Shown here: positions 27,185-39,077 of the stretch, piece by piece
Layout: the number at the start of each line of letters is the position of its first letter
Numbering within the stretch: position 1 is the stretch's first letter
Source of the DNA: Bradymonadia bacterium
GTDB lineage: Bacteria; Myxococcota_A; Bradymonadia; UBA7976; UBA1532
Length of the DNA stretch: 64,000 bases
Assembly (NCBI GenBank): GCA_046290225.1
Contig: JBKAGE010000049.1
Span: 1-64,000, forward strand
Reading direction: 5' to 3'
Position numbers and translations under genes: made by a program
Notes under the pieces: model-generated
Databases searched by the model: none
What the model was told of the DNA's origin: nothing
Seen by the model: only the letters and a program-made list of their open reading frames with translations

Positions 27185-29023
27185 ATGGTGTGGCGCCATT
27201 TCATGTGTGGGATCAGCGCATTGACGCTGAGCCTTTCGCTCGTGGCCTGTGACGATGACGACAGCGATGGTACGGCAGCAGACGGTGCCGGTGGCGAGGC
27301 TGGTGCTGGTGGCATGGCCGGTGCCGGCGGAGAAGCAGGCGGTGCCGGCGGTGATGCTGGTGCTGGTGGCGACATCGGCGGCGCAGGTGGAGAAGCCGGC
27401 GGCGCAGGCGGTGACATCGGCGGCGAAGGCGGCATGATGGGCGGCGCCGGTGGCATGGTCGAAGGCCAGCCCGTCATCGAGATGAGCGTGCGCCTCGTGC
27501 CCGAGGCCAACTACAACACTTTCGCCACCGCCCACAGCACCTACCGGACCGCCCTCGGCGGCGAAGACGGGGTAGGCGACCACGCCCTGTTCCGCACCTT
27601 CTTCTCGGGCTCTGCCCCCGACGTGCCTGCAGCGCGGGTCGGTCTCACCGAGTTCACCGTTTTCGACTCAGAAGCGGACTACGACGCCGCCATGGCCGCC
27701 GTCGGTGATGCCGAGAGCGCCCTCGACGCCTTGAGCGCCGAAGAGGTGCAGATGCTCGTGCGCTTCGAAGACGGCAGCGTCGACCTGAGCACGCTCAGCG
27801 GCGCCGCCCTCGAGATCGCCGTGCGCGACGTCGACCCGGCCAACCGTGAGGCCTATGACGCCGCTCAGGCGGCCTTCCTCGAGGTGCTCACGGGCATCGA
27901 CGGCGCCGTCACCCAGGAGTTCGAGCTGGTCCGGGCAGAGCCCACCTTCACCGCGGGCTTCTCCACCTACGCCACCCAGGACAGCCTCAACGAAACCCTG
28001 GGCTTCTATGGATTCGATCAGCGTGCCTTCGACTTCTTCGGCAGCTTCCGGCTGGCCTCGTCACAGTTCGGGTTCCAGAGCCCGGACCCCAGCCCCGTGG
28101 TGCTGCCCGAAGCCCTCGCACTCAATGACACTGCGGCGCCTGAAGACATCATCACCTTCGAGCACACCGTCTATGTCTCCGACATTGCAGGTGGCTCAGT
28201 GCTCGCCCTCGACCTGCTCAACCTCGACAACGGTCCTCGCACCTTCGTGCCAGCACCACCTATGGGTGATGCTCGGCCGTCGACCTGGGGCCTGCGCATC
28301 GATGCCGATCGTCGGCGCCTACTCGTGGCCGCCAACCCGGCCTACGGCTTCGACGGCAACGTCACCGCCCCATGCGAGCTTCGAGCGTACAACATCGACG
28401 ACGGCAGCCTCGCCGGCAGCTGGGTGTTGCCCGAGGGCACCGTGGGCAACGCTGTGGTGGTGGATGATGCCGGACGCTACTACGTGGGCGACATCGGCCC
28501 CGACGCCCGCATCATCAAGGTCGATCCAGAGACCGACGAGGTGTCGACCTGGGCGGACCCGGAAGACTTCGTCGACGGCGGCTTTGGTCTCGGCGGCATG
28601 GTCTTCGGTGACGACGCCTTCTACGGCATTCAGGCCCCGGAGCTGTTCTACCGCATCCCCCTCGAGGCCGATGGCAGCGCTGGTACGCTGCAGAAGGTCG
28701 CTCTCGTAGACGGCGAGGGCGCCGAGGTGACCCAGTTCTTCGCTGACGGCATGACCTGGGCCGACGGCACCCTGTGGTACGCCCTCAACGACGTCCAGGT
28801 CGAGGGGGCCAACGGGGTGGTCTTCCGCGTGGACTTCGACGGCCTGACCTCAGGCACCCTCACCCCGGCGCAGGCCGGCCTCAAAGATCCCTCCGGCGTC
28901 ACCGCCACCGAGATCTTCGGCGAGCCCACCCTGCTGGTGAACGAGTCCCAGCTCGGCCACGCCTTTGGCGTAGATCCCGGGGCGCCGAATACTCCGTTCA
29001 GAGTGCTGCGCTTCACGCGATAA
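27185..29023 (+). CDS. Lipoprotein: Gly-rich linker, alpha/beta middle region, SMP-30/gluconolactonase-like beta-propeller
   Basis: AGGAGG RBS; LVA-C lipobox; GAGGEAG repeats; PEDII...VYVSD, GNAVVVDDAGRYYVGD, ADGM and DPSG blade motifs. Confidence 0.75.
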   Translation: MVWRHFMCGISALTLSLSLVACDDDDSDGTAADGAGGEAGAGGMAGAGGEAGGAGGDAGAGGDIGGAGGEAGGAGGDIGGEGGMMGGAGGMVEGQPVIEMSVRLVPEANYNTFATAHSTYRTALGGEDGVGDHALFRTFFSGSAPDVPAARVGLTEFTVFDSEADYDAAMAAVGDAESALDALSAEEVQMLVRFEDGSVDLSTLSGAALEIAVRDVDPANREAYDAAQAAFLEVLTGIDGAVTQEFELVRAEPTFTAGFSTYATQDSLNETLGFYGFDQRAFDFFGSFRLASSQFGFQSPDPSPVVLPEALALNDTAAPEDIITFEHTVYVSDIAGGSVLALDLLNLDNGPRTFVPAPPMGDARPSTWGLRIDADRRRLLVAANPAYGFDGNVTAPCELRAYNIDDGSLAGSWVLPEGTVGNAVVVDDAGRYYVGDIGPDARIIKVDPETDEVSTWADPEDFVDGGFGLGGMVFGDDAFYGIQAPELFYRIPLEADGSAGTLQKVALVDGEGAEVTQFFADGMTWADGTLWYALNDVQVEGANGVVFRVDFDGLTSGTLTPAQAGLKDPSGVTATEIFGEPTLLVNESQLGHAFGVDPGAPNTPFRVLRFTR

Positions 29024-29033
29024 AATAGAAGAC

Positions 29034-29942
29034 ATGTTCGACGATCAGTTCGCCAACGCCCTCACGATGGACCAGCTCAAAGTCTTCGTGACCATTGTGC
29101 AGATGGGCAGCTTCTCCGCTGCTGCCCGTGCCCTCAAACGCACCCAGGGCTCGGTGAGCTATCACGTGGGCAGCCTCGAAGCACAGCTCGACCTCACCCT
29201 CTTCGACCGTACTCAGCGGCCTGCGAAGCTCACCCCAGAAGGGCATACCGTTTTTCAGGCAGCGCTGAAGACCCTCGAAGCCTTTCACGATCTCAAGCAG
29301 GTGGCCTACACCCTCTCCGAGGGCCTGGAGAGCCGGGTGCATCTCGCTGTTGACGCCCTGTTTCCCTCCGAAAATCTCGGGGCGCTCCTCCATCGCTTTC
29401 AGAGCCGGTTCCCCTCTGTCGATTTGGTGGTGTCCAGCGGCGTGGTTGAGTTCGCCCTCCAACAGCTGCTCGAAGGCCGGGCGGATCTGGCCATCAGCCC
29501 ACCACTATCCATCTCAGAGGGGCTCGTGGCTCACCCGTGCACGCGGGTGGTGATGGTGCCCGTGGCCTCACCTCTGCACCCGCTGGCGCAGAGCAGCGTC
29601 CCCGTCACCGCAGCCATGCTCGATGCCCATGTGCACCTCGTAGTGGCCCGGGCACCCGATCACGGTCACTCCTTCGCCCTGGGCCACAACAGCGCGCGGC
29701 GCTGGTTCATCAGCGATCCACAGCGCCGTCATGCGCTCCTGCTCTCTGGTCTCGGGTGGGCGCGACTGCCGCAACACGAGGCACGGCAAAGGCTGGCCAG
29801 TGGTGATCTGGTCTTGCTCGAGGCCGATGACACGCTGCCATCCCGCACAGTGCCCTTGAGGGTGTTTCACCACGCCGACGCCACCATGGGGCCAGCGACA
29901 CAATGGCTGATCTCGGCGTTGACCGAGGCATCAGAGCTGTAG
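29034..29942 (+). CDS. LysR-family transcriptional regulator
   Basis: LKVFVTIVQMGSFSAAARALKRTQGSVSYHVGSLEAQLDLTLFDR HTH; ~300 aa. Confidence 0.95.
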   Translation: MFDDQFANALTMDQLKVFVTIVQMGSFSAAARALKRTQGSVSYHVGSLEAQLDLTLFDRTQRPAKLTPEGHTVFQAALKTLEAFHDLKQVAYTLSEGLESRVHLAVDALFPSENLGALLHRFQSRFPSVDLVVSSGVVEFALQQLLEGRADLAISPPLSISEGLVAHPCTRVVMVPVASPLHPLAQSSVPVTAAMLDAHVHLVVARAPDHGHSFALGHNSARRWFISDPQRRHALLLSGLGWARLPQHEARQRLASGDLVLLEADDTLPSRTVPLRVFHHADATMGPATQWLISALTEASEL

Positions 29943-29980
29943 GTATATCTCTCTGAGGGCTCGTCCTCCGAGGAGACACT

Positions 29981-30742
29981 GTGCACACGACCCCACCACA
30001 GCCTGCTTGGGCAGAGCACATCACCGATGACGACTGCGGGCAGCGCGCCACCTTCATGGTCGACGGAGAGCTCTACGCCATGCGTTGGATCCCCCCTGGT
30101 CAGTTCATGATGGGCTCTCCGCTGAAAGAGAAGAACAGGCACCACACCGAGACGCTCCACGAGGTCATCCTCACCTCGGGCTTTTGGATGGGAGAGACCA
30201 CCGTCACCCAGAGCCAATGGGTGGCGCTGATGGGGGACAACCCGAGCCGCGCGAAAGATCCCCAATGCCCCGTGGACACCCTCAGCTGGGATGATTGCCA
30301 CCGCTTCCTCGACCGGTTGAACTCGAGCGCGCCAGGGCTGGAGGCGAGGATGCCCACGGAGGCTCAGTGGGAGTATGCGTGTAGAGCAGGGACCGCCACC
30401 CTCTACTGGTGTGGCCACACCGTGAAGGCCCTGAAGACAACAGCCTGGTTCATGCGCAACTGCCGGGGGATCGCCCACCCTGTGGGCCTCAAAGAGGCGA
30501 ACCCCTGGGGGCTGTACGACATGCACGGCAACGTCAAGGAATGGTGCCACGACTTCTTCGAGGACTACCCCGAAGGGATCGTCACTGATCCCACTGGCCC
30601 GACACAGGGATACAGTCGTGTGCTCCGGGGCGGCTGCTGGATGGGTGAGCCTCACGAGGTGCGCTCGGCAAGCCGCAAGGGCTATGGAGCAGACGATCCT
30701 GGTTTTGGTGATCGGGGCCTGCGGTTGGTGACGCCGGCCTGA
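29981..30742 (+). CDS. Formylglycine-generating enzyme (FGE-sulfatase/SUMF1) domain protein
   Basis: IPPGQFMMGS, RMPTEAQWEYACRAG, NPWGLYDMHGNVKEWC, RVLRGG, GLRL. Confidence 0.93.
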   Translation: MHTTPPQPAWAEHITDDDCGQRATFMVDGELYAMRWIPPGQFMMGSPLKEKNRHHTETLHEVILTSGFWMGETTVTQSQWVALMGDNPSRAKDPQCPVDTLSWDDCHRFLDRLNSSAPGLEARMPTEAQWEYACRAGTATLYWCGHTVKALKTTAWFMRNCRGIAHPVGLKEANPWGLYDMHGNVKEWCHDFFEDYPEGIVTDPTGPTQGYSRVLRGGCWMGEPHEVRSASRKGYGADDPGFGDRGLRLVTPA

Positions 30743-30756
30743 CGCAGCACCCTCAG

Positions 30757-31155
30757 TCAGAAGACGCCCATCGACAGCGAGAACAACGCCAGCGGTGCGA
30801 ACATCCACGCCAGCGCCATCCCCACCCCAAGACCCAACACCCACAACAGCCATCGCTGCCGTCGCCAGCCCTCTCGAAAATCGGATCCCTGCACCAACAG
30901 ATCGATGATGTACGCCACGCAATAGCAGATGTTGGCCATTATCCCGAGGATGAACAGCTCAAGCAGGACGTCAGGCCAAGTACCAGACTCATCGATCATC
31001 TGTTTCAACGGCCAGAGCCGCACGATGGCCACGACCGCCAGGATGATCGTGAAGGGGATCCGCCTGATCTCCCAATAGCGTAAGGCGTCGGAGATCATGG
31101 CGCGGAACGTCACAGGCGCTGGCGCCTCTGAATGGCTGGGCTCGCTGGGATGCAT
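30757..31155 (-). CDS. Small membrane protein (about 3 TM)
   Basis: Three hydrophobic segments; YWEIRR and ANICY..AY motifs. Confidence 0.7.
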   Translation of the reverse strand: MHPSEPSHSEAPAPVTFRAMISDALRYWEIRRIPFTIILAVVAIVRLWPLKQMIDESGTWPDVLLELFILGIMANICYCVAYIIDLLVQGSDFREGWRRQRWLLWVLGLGVGMALAWMFAPLALFSLSMGVF

Positions 31156-31355
31156 CAGGAGATGAAGTCTCTGCTTGTTCGAACAACTGAGATGACATTA
31201 GAGCAGTATGCGAAGTGACCTGCCACACCAGAGTCGCCCATCGACGTGTACGCCACTCCTCGCGCAGCTCAATTTGTTGGCGCTTCAGCTCAAAGTGTAT
31301 GGGTCTGGACTTATGGCCCCGAGAATACACATCAGACACAGAACTTCCTGGAGCC

Positions 31356-32498
31356 TCAAAAGGTCACGCCCACTCCGGTCTCCATAGAAACCCCAGTGAC
31401 GCTTCCCCGACCACGATCGATCTCGATGGCTGCATTGAAGGCGGCACCAAGATCGAGCATGAACACACCCACAACCCATCGATAGCCAAGCTCTGGCTGG
31501 AGCACTAAATAGAACCCAGGATCTGGGGTGTAGTCGACGAATTCGCAATCACCGGTACATTGCCACTCCACGTTCATAAAGCCCCCAGCAAGGCCCAGGT
31601 AGAAGCCGTGGCCAAGGTCGTTGGGATAAATGTGAGCACCTCCGAGGACGCTGGCGGCAGAGCTCAGCCCGTCCCCGAACTTTGCCGGTATGGCCTCTCC
31701 GCTGCCGTTGAGCTGAAGGCGGCCAAACCATCCCACCGTGCCATCCGGGATCCCCTCCAGAGTGAAACTGGGGCCAAAAAACATCACGCCGAGGGGATCC
31801 CCCTTCAGGGCGAAAGTCTTGTGGGGTTTCTTTTTGCGCTTTCGACGCTTTGCCTGGGCACGGACACGCTGCTCGATGGACCGATCAACAGACACCTTTT
31901 CAGCGAGCCCAGGAGACGGCGCGGGCTGCTCGGACGCCGTCGGCTCTGGTGGTGAAGGAGGCGCTGCTGGCGCGGATGGGGCTGGCGCGGATGCCTCTGG
32001 TGGAGATTCAGGCATGATGACGTCTATGAGCTGGTGGGCAGAGACCAGGAGCGACTCTTCCAGTTGAAGTACGTCGTTCCCTTTGGCCTGCTTGCTCGCG
32101 AGCAACGTCCCATCACGTGTTTCGTGCAGCTTCATCACCACCCTGAGCGTGTTGCCGAAGGTGATGATCTGCCCCGAGATGATGTAGTCCACGCCGATGT
32201 TGCGCCCCGTCTCGACCTCGCAGGCCCCCTCGCAGCTCGCCAGGTCCACGCCGGGCGGCAGCATGGCCAGAATGTTCTCCTGGCTCATGAGGAAAAACGA
32301 CGACCTCGGCAAACGTGTGGCCTGCTCCCGCACCAGGTTGGTGATGAACTGTGCCTCTTCCACGGTCAGCGACGTGCTGTTGATGAACTCCAGCACCGCA
32401 ATTTTCTTTTGCGGACCTGTCGTCGCCCCAACCTCACCCAGGGTGAGACACCACACACACATGACCCACAACAGACCCGCTCGCCTGACGCCCCGCAT
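31356..32498 (-). CDS. Secreted protein: TolB-N/CsgG-like domain, Pro-rich linker, C-terminal beta-barrel-like domain
   Basis: Signal peptide; IAVLEF...CEGACEVETGRNIGVDYIISGQI; amphipathic strands ending GVGVTF. Confidence 0.7.
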   Translation of the reverse strand: MRGVRRAGLLWVMCVWCLTLGEVGATTGPQKKIAVLEFINSTSLTVEEAQFITNLVREQATRLPRSSFFLMSQENILAMLPPGVDLASCEGACEVETGRNIGVDYIISGQIITFGNTLRVVMKLHETRDGTLLASKQAKGNDVLQLEESLLVSAHQLIDVIMPESPPEASAPAPSAPAAPPSPPEPTASEQPAPSPGLAEKVSVDRSIEQRVRAQAKRRKRKKKPHKTFALKGDPLGVMFFGPSFTLEGIPDGTVGWFGRLQLNGSGEAIPAKFGDGLSSAASVLGGAHIYPNDLGHGFYLGLAGGFMNVEWQCTGDCEFVDYTPDPGFYLVLQPELGYRWVVGVFMLDLGAAFNAAIEIDRGRGSVTGVSMETGVGVTF

Positions 32499-32514
32499 CT
32501 TTCGACCCTTGTGC

Positions 32515-34008
32515 TCAACTGTATCCGTCTCGCCTCGGCAACCTGCTCTCGCCCATCAGAAATAGATCGATTTGTCGAGCAACTTCCCTGCCCTCGGCGA
32601 TGGCCCATACCACCAGAGACTGACCCCGGCGGCAATCCCCCGCAGCGAATACTCCGGGCACTGAAGTGATGTAATCCCCTTCGGCGGCGCGCACGTTGCC
32701 CCTGCCATCGAGGTCGACCGAGAGCTCACTGATGAGGGCGTCGTGCACCGGATGTACATACCCCATGGCCAGCAGCACCAGATCGCAGGGGAACACCTGC
32801 TCGGTGCCGTCGATGGGCACTGGGCGCCCTTGCTCGAACTTCACCTGAACTGCGTGCAACGCCTCAAGCCGACCATCAGTGCCGCTGAAGTGGGTGGTCA
32901 TCATGGCGAAGGCCCGATCACCGCCTTCTTCGTGCGAAGACGAGAGGCGCAACATGTGGGGCCAGAGCGGCCAGGGCGTTGACGCATCACGGGTCGCTGG
33001 GGGCTCTTCCATCAGCTCGAGGTTGAGGACCGAGAGGGCCCCTTGACGGTGGCTGGTGCCGATGCAGTCCGATCCAGTGTCACCGCCGCCGATGACCACC
33101 ACCCGCTTGCCTTCGGCAGAGATGGGCGCCCCATCGAAGGGCTGACCGCTCACCCGCTTGTTCGACTGCCGCAGGAAGTCCATGGCGAAGTGCACCCCGT
33201 CGAGATCTCGACCCTCGATGGGCAAATCTCTGGGGTGCTCTGATCCACACGCGAGCAGCACGGCGTCATAGTCGGCCTGTAGCTTCGACGCAGAGACATC
33301 ACGGCCCACAGTGACGCCAGTCTCGAAGGTGACCCCCTCGGCGACCATCTGCTCGACTCGGCGAGTCACCAGCCACTTCTCCAACTTGAAGTCGGGGATC
33401 CCATAGCGCAGCAGGCCGCCCACGTGCTGCTCGCGTTCGAAGACCGTCACCGCATGGCCTGCACGGGCGAGCTGTTGCGCTGCAGCGAGACCCGCAGGAC
33501 CAGAGCCTACCACCGCCACCTGCTTGCCACTTCGGCGTGAAGGGGGTTGGGGCGTGATCCAGCCTTTCTCCCAGCCGTAGCGGGCGATCTCGTATTCGAT
33601 GCGCTTGATGGTGACGGGCTCGTCGCCAATGCCCAACACACAGGCGGACTCACAAGGCGCCGGACAGACCAGACCGGTGAACTCGGGGAAGTTGTTGGTG
33701 TCGTGGAGCACCTCGAGGGCGTGCTGCCATTGATCGCGGAACACCAGATCGTTGAAGTCGGGGATCACGTTCCCGAGGGGGCAGCCACTGCTGCAGAACG
33801 GCACCCCGCAGTCCATACAGCGTTTCGCCTGCACCTGCGCCTTCTCTGGCGGCATGTCCTGCATGACCTCACGCCAGTCCTGCAGGCGCTCGTCGACCGG
33901 GCGCAGCGGGTGATCTTCGCGTGCGTGCTCCAGGAAACCCCGGGCCTTGCTCAGGGTACGTTGGAACGTGTCCAAGGGCTTTTCACCGCCTTTTGGATGC
34001 CGAGTCAT
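32515..34008 (-). CDS. gltD: Glutamate synthase small subunit
   Basis: [52 protein letters not shown] overlap with gltB. Confidence 0.97.
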   Translation of the reverse strand: MTRHPKGGEKPLDTFQRTLSKARGFLEHAREDHPLRPVDERLQDWREVMQDMPPEKAQVQAKRCMDCGVPFCSSGCPLGNVIPDFNDLVFRDQWQHALEVLHDTNNFPEFTGLVCPAPCESACVLGIGDEPVTIKRIEYEIARYGWEKGWITPQPPSRRSGKQVAVVGSGPAGLAAAQQLARAGHAVTVFEREQHVGGLLRYGIPDFKLEKWLVTRRVEQMVAEGVTFETGVTVGRDVSASKLQADYDAVLLACGSEHPRDLPIEGRDLDGVHFAMDFLRQSNKRVSGQPFDGAPISAEGKRVVVIGGGDTGSDCIGTSHRQGALSVLNLELMEEPPATRDASTPWPLWPHMLRLSSSHEEGGDRAFAMMTTHFSGTDGRLEALHAVQVKFEQGRPVPIDGTEQVFPCDLVLLAMGYVHPVHDALISELSVDLDGRGNVRAAEGDYITSVPGVFAAGDCRRGQSLVVWAIAEGREVARQIDLFLMGESRLPRRDGYS

Positions 34009-37000
34009 GCGGAGATCTCCTTGCCGGACGCCTTCTCGGCCCCCTTCTTGCGCCGCCCGGCCCTGGGTGCTTGCCCTGCCTTCTTCTGCTCACTGTGCTT
34101 GGGTGATGTCGACCTCACCCGAGCGGCGAGGGCGCGCTTGTAGTCCACGGGCATCACCGTGACGAAGTGCTCACGGGCCGTGGCCCACGTGTCGAGGATG
34201 GATTGGGCCAGCGGGCTGCCGGTGAGGGTGTGGTGCTCGGAGACCAGCGACTTCACGATGTGCGCATCGCCTTCGCTCAAGGGCTCAAGCTCCACCATCT
34301 CGAGGTTGCAACGCCGCGCGCTCAGACCATGGGGGTCGTACAGATGAGCCACACCACCGCTCATGCCTGCAGCGAAGTTGCGCCCTGTGGGGCCCAGCAC
34401 CACCACCCTACCGCCAGTCATGTACTCGCAGCCGTGATCGCCGATGCCCTCCACCACCGCCGTGGCGCCGCTGTTCCGCACAGCGAAACGCTCCCCGGCG
34501 AGCCCCTCGAAGAAGGCCATCCCCGATGTCGCCCCGTAGAGCGCCACGTTGCCCACGATGACGTTCTCGCTCGCCACGTACGGCGCCCCCTCGGGGGTGC
34601 GGATCACGATGCGGCCACCGCTGAGGCCCTTGCCGGTGTAGTCGTTGGCGTCGCCCCGGACCACCAGGGTCATGCCCCGAGGCACGAAGGCGCCGAAGCT
34701 CTGCCCCGTGGTGCCCTCGAAGTCGATGTGCACCGTGTCGTCGGGCAAGCCATCAGGGCCATAGCGCCGGGAGATCTCGGCGCCGATGAGGGTGCCCACC
34801 GTGCGATGCACGTTGCGGATGCGGTGAGTGAGCTGCACCCGCTTGCCCTCGTTCAAAGCAGGGGCCAGATCTTCGATGAGCATGAGATCGAGGGCCCGGT
34901 CGAGGCCGTGATCCTGATGCTCCCGTCGGCGCGTCGGGTAGGGCACGTCGGGGGCGTACAGAATGTCGGAGAAGTCGAGGTGCCTGGCCTTCCAGTGATC
35001 GAGGGCCGGATCTGCGTAGAGCATGTCCACACGGCCCACCATCTCGTTGAAGCTGCGAAAACCCATGCGGGCCATGTAATGGCGCACCTCTTCGGCGATG
35101 AAGAAGAAGAACCGCACCACGTGCTCTGGGGTGCCCTTGAAGCGCTTGCGCAGCTCTGGATCCTGGGTGGCGATCCCCACAGGGCAGGTGTTGAGGTGAC
35201 ACACCCGCATCAAGATGCAGCCCATGCTCGCCAGAGGCGCTGTGGAGAACCCGAACTCCTCGGCGCCGAGCAGAGCGCCCACGATCACGTCTCGGCCCGT
35301 GCGCAGGCCACCATCCACCTGCACCCGAATGCGGCCCCTCAGATCGTTGAGCACCAGGGTCTGCTGTACCTCGGCGAGGCCGATCTCCCAGGGCACCCCG
35401 GCGTTCTTGATCGAGGTGAGAGGTGAGGCTCCAGTGCCACCGTCGTGACCGCTGATGAGCAGACGATCGGCCTTACCCTTGGCCACCCCGGCGGCGATGG
35501 TCCCCACCCCGCTCTCCGAGACCAGCTTCACGCTGATCTCCGCGAAGCGGTTGGCGTTCTTCAGGTCGTAGATGAGCTGGGCCAGATCTTCGATCGAATA
35601 GATGTCGTGGTGAGGCGGCGGTGAGATCAGCCCCACCCCCTCGGTGCTGTGACGAATGCGGGCGATGGTGCTGTCGACCTTGTGCCCCGGCAGCTGACCG
35701 CCTTCGCCAGGCTTGGCCCCCTGGGCGATCTTGATCTGCAATACATCACCGTTCACGAGGTACCAGCTCGTGACCCCGAATCGCCCCGAGGCCACCTGCT
35801 TGATCGCGCTCCGGCGCAGATCGCCGTTTTCGTCGGGCTGGAACCGCACCGCGTCTTCCCCGCCCTCGCCGCTGTTGCTGCGGCCGCCGATGCGGTTCAT
35901 GGCGATGGCCAGGGTCTCGTGGGCCTCTTTGCTGATCGAGCCGAAGGACATGGCCCCAGTGCAGAACCGCTTCACGATCTCCGCCGCAGGCTCCACCACA
36001 TCGATGGGCACGGGTGCCCGGGCCTCTTTGATGCGGAACAGCCCCCGCAGCGTGCACAGGCGTCGGGCGTGATCGTCTGCCGCCGCGGCGTACTCGCGAT
36101 ACAGCTCGAAGTCATCGGCCCGCACGGCGTGCTGCAGCTTGGCGATGGTCTTGGGGCCGAAGGCGTGCACCTCGCCCCGGCGACGCCACTGATACAGGCC
36201 CCCTGGATCGAGGGCCTCCACGGGCTCGCCCTCTTCGGGGAACCCGCGACGGTGCCTGATCTCCACCTCTCGGGCGAGCACGTCGAGGCCCACCCCGCTG
36301 ATGCGGCTGGCGGTGTGGGTGAAGTGCTCGTCGACGAGATCCCGGTCGAGGCCCACGGCCTCGAAGATCTGCGCTCCGCGGTAGCTCTTGAGGGTGCTGA
36401 TCCCCATCTTGGCGAAGATCTTGAGCAGGCCGTTGCCCACAGCCTTCAGGTAGTGGGCAATGGCCTGCTCACCGTCGAGGCCCTCGGGTACCCGGGTGCC
36501 CTCTGCGATCAGCGCGTCGATGGTCTCGTAGGCCACGTAGGGGTGCACACAGGTGGCCCCGTAGCCGATGAGCAGGGCGAAGTGGGCCACCTCTCGAGCG
36601 TCGCCCGCTTCGACCACGAGGCTGCATTGGGTGCGCAGCCCCGCGCGGATCAGGTGGTGGTTCACCGCCGAGGTGGCCAGCAGCGCCGGGATCGGCGCCA
36701 TCTGAGCGTCGATGCGGCGATCGCTCAAGATCAGCACGCTGGCCCCGGCCTTCACCTCGATCTCGGCCTGAGCGCAAAGATCGTCGAGAGCGGCTTTGAG
36801 CCCCGGGCCGCCATCGCCGGCCTTGAACAGACAGCGCAGCGTGCTCACCGAGAGCCAGGGCAGCTCGTTCTGACGCAAGCGCTCGATCTGCTCCGCTGTG
36901 AGCAGCGGGTGATCGATGGCCAGCATCTGTCCGTGCTCGGGTCGCTCGTCGAGCAGGTTGCCCTGGGCCCCGAGGCTGGCCCCCAGCGACATGACCAGCT

Positions 37001-38603
37001 TCTCCCGGATCGAGTCGATGGGGGGGTTGGTCACCTGGGCGAACTGCTGCTTGAAGTAGTGATACAGCAGCCGTGGGCGTGTGCTCAGGCAGGCCAGGGC
37101 GGCGTCGTTGCCCATGCTGCCGATGGCCTCCTTTCCGGTGCTGATCATGGGGGCGATGACCCGCTTGAGATCTTCGTCGGTGAACCCGAAGACCTGATGT
37201 CGCTGCACCCGAAAGGCAGGGTTGGGCGTACGCACAAAGCGGGCCTGGGGCAACTCGTCGAGGTGCACCCGGTGCTCGGTGAGCCACTGACCGTATGGTC
37301 GCTGCTGAGCGAGCTGAGCCTTGATCTCCTCGTCGGAGATGATGCGCCCCTGAGCGGTGTCGACGAGCAACATGCGCCCGGGGGTGAGCCGGCCCTTGTG
37401 CACCACCTTGTGAGGGGGCACCTCCACCACCCCGGCCTCGGAAGCAGCGATCAACTGACCATCGGTGGTCTGCACATATCGGGCGGGGCGCAGGCCGTTG
37501 CGGTCGAGGGTGGCGCCGATCTGCACGCCATCGGTGAACATCACCGCCGCGGGGCCATCCCAGGGCTCCTGGAACAGGCTGTGATAGGCGTAGAAGTCGC
37601 GCCGGGCGGCCTCCATCTCCTCGTCACCCTCGAAGGCCTCGGGGATCAGCATGCACATGGCGTGCGCCAGCGATCGCCCGCTGGCCACGAGCAGCTCCAG
37701 GGCGTTGTCGAGCTGACAGGAGTCGGATCCGTCTTCGGTGAGGATCGGGAACATCTTGCGGATGTCGTCGCCGAAGATCTCCGAGTGCAGCGTGCCCTCT
37801 CGGGCCCGCATCCAGTTCACGTTGGCCCGCAACGTGTTGATCTCGCCGTTGTGCGCGAGATACCGGAACGGTTGGGCGAGATCCCAGGTGGGGAACGTGT
37901 TGGTGCTGTACCGCTGATGCACCAGCACGAAGGCGCTCTCGGCCTCCGGATCGGAGAGATCCTGATAAAATACGGGGATCTGCGCCGGCAGCATCAACCC
38001 CTTGTAGATGATGGTCCGCGACGACAGTGAGGCCACATGGAAGTGCTTGGCTTTCTCTCCGGCGGCCTGCACCCGGTTCTCGGCGATGCGCCGCAGCAAG
38101 AACAGCTGCCGCTCGAACCGCCGTGGGTCGAGCTGAGTCGACGCCTCGAGGAACACCTGCTGAATCACCGGGGCGCGCTTCCGCGCCACGGGGCCCAGCA
38201 CGGCAGGGTTCACCTTCACCGGGCGCCACCCGAGCAACCTCAAGCTGCTCTCGGCCACAGTGCGGGCGATCATCTTCTTCTGGAACGCCCGCACGTCGGG
38301 ATCGGGCGACAGAAAAACCATGCCCACGGCATAGCGCCCTGGGGGTGGCAGCCGGATGCCCAGCAAATGACACTCTCGCCGCAGCACAGCATCGGGCATC
38401 TGAATCGAGAGGCCAGCGCCATCGCCTGTGGCAGGGTCTGATCCCACGGCCCCACGGTGGGTGAGGTTCTTCAAGATGCGGGTGCCCTGCTCGATGATCT
38501 CGTGGGTGCGGGTGCCATCGATGTTGACGACGAAGCCCACCCCACAGGCATCGCGCTCATAGGCAGGATCATAGAGGCCCTGTCGTACTGGCTTCATGGG
38601 CAT
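34005..38603 (-). CDS. gltB: Glutamate synthase large subunit
   Basis: [54 protein letters not shown]; start placed at MPMKP with GGGAG RBS. Confidence 0.98.
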   Translation of the reverse strand: MPMKPVRQGLYDPAYERDACGVGFVVNIDGTRTHEIIEQGTRILKNLTHRGAVGSDPATGDGAGLSIQMPDAVLRRECHLLGIRLPPPGRYAVGMVFLSPDPDVRAFQKKMIARTVAESSLRLLGWRPVKVNPAVLGPVARKRAPVIQQVFLEASTQLDPRRFERQLFLLRRIAENRVQAAGEKAKHFHVASLSSRTIIYKGLMLPAQIPVFYQDLSDPEAESAFVLVHQRYSTNTFPTWDLAQPFRYLAHNGEINTLRANVNWMRAREGTLHSEIFGDDIRKMFPILTEDGSDSCQLDNALELLVASGRSLAHAMCMLIPEAFEGDEEMEAARRDFYAYHSLFQEPWDGPAAVMFTDGVQIGATLDRNGLRPARYVQTTDGQLIAASEAGVVEVPPHKVVHKGRLTPGRMLLVDTAQGRIISDEEIKAQLAQQRPYGQWLTEHRVHLDELPQARFVRTPNPAFRVQRHQVFGFTDEDLKRVIAPMISTGKEAIGSMGNDAALACLSTRPRLLYHYFKQQFAQVTNPPIDSIREKLVMSLGASLGAQGNLLDERPEHGQMLAIDHPLLTAEQIERLRQNELPWLSVSTLRCLFKAGDGGPGLKAALDDLCAQAEIEVKAGASVLILSDRRIDAQMAPIPALLATSAVNHHLIRAGLRTQCSLVVEAGDAREVAHFALLIGYGATCVHPYVAYETIDALIAEGTRVPEGLDGEQAIAHYLKAVGNGLLKIFAKMGISTLKSYRGAQIFEAVGLDRDLVDEHFTHTASRISGVGLDVLAREVEIRHRRGFPEEGEPVEALDPGGLYQWRRRGEVHAFGPKTIAKLQHAVRADDFELYREYAAAADDHARRLCTLRGLFRIKEARAPVPIDVVEPAAEIVKRFCTGAMSFGSISKEAHETLAIAMNRIGGRSNSGEGGEDAVRFQPDENGDLRRSAIKQVASGRFGVTSWYLVNGDVLQIKIAQGAKPGEGGQLPGHKVDSTIARIRHSTEGVGLISPPPHHDIYSIEDLAQLIYDLKNANRFAEISVKLVSESGVGTIAAGVAKGKADRLLISGHDGGTGASPLTSIKNAGVPWEIGLAEVQQTLVLNDLRGRIRVQVDGGLRTGRDVIVGALLGAEEFGFSTAPLASMGCILMRVCHLNTCPVGIATQDPELRKRFKGTPEHVVRFFFFIAEEVRHYMARMGFRSFNEMVGRVDMLYADPALDHWKARHLDFSDILYAPDVPYPTRRREHQDHGLDRALDLMLIEDLAPALNEGKRVQLTHRIRNVHRTVGTLIGAEISRRYGPDGLPDDTVHIDFEGTTGQSFGAFVPRGMTLVVRGDANDYTGKGLSGGRIVIRTPEGAPYVASENVIVGNVALYGATSGMAFFEGLAGERFAVRNSGATAVVEGIGDHGCEYMTGGRVVVLGPTGRNFAAGMSGGVAHLYDPHGLSARRCNLEMVELEPLSEGDAHIVKSLVSEHHTLTGSPLAQSILDTWATAREHFVTVMPVDYKRALAARVRSTSPKHSEQKKAGQAPRAGRRKKGAEKASGKEISA

Positions 38604-39017
38604 GTATCTCGTCTCCCGTGATGGGTGCGTCACTGCCCAGATGGCTCCATCGGATGTGACACAGAGAAGGACTATAGGAGAACGATGGTGGCCGAATCTC
38701 TGTAAACACCTTGAAAACCAAATGAAAACCCGCAGAAAACGCATTTTCAATGGCGTTTACAACCCAGATGGGACGCTTTCGAAGAGATCTTGCCCTCGCC
38801 GGCGGGTCGCCATCACAGCGTTCTGCATGTGTGCACGCCCTTCCTCATCACGCTCTACCCGCTCACCCATGCTTTCTATTCGAAAGTCAAAATGACTTCG
38901 AAGTCTCACCGGCCAGCGTACCTTCCACCTGTACGACATGCCCTGAGCACATCGTAATCATTCAATACGGAGGTGATGGCGAGGCGTGCCGTGGAGATCC
39001 CCCGCCTCCGGCATATC

Positions 39018-39033
39018 AGGCATACAATTTGCG
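39018..39033 (+). promoter_or_regulatory. Possible sigma54 promoter for the M4 peptidase
   Basis: AGGCATACAATTTGCG with GG-N10-GC spacing and TTGC, ~45 nt before ATG 39078. Confidence 0.4.
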
Positions 39034-39077
39034 CTGTGCATCAGCAAACAGCCGCTCTCGCCTCTGGAGGCTACTTG

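Noticed and set aside
26578..27224. ORFs of 161 and 167 aa sharing peptide segments on both strands
   Set aside because: An artefact of the DNA palindrome, not proteins.
29981..30742. FGE-sulfatase domain as a diversity-generating retroelement target
   Set aside because: No reverse transcriptase and no template-repeat copy of its 3' end seen in the window.
38604..38750. N-terminal extensions of ORF-track calls (gltB, lipase, ptrB, USP, M4 and others)
   Set aside because: Downstream starts have better RBS, signal peptides or family-typical N-termini.
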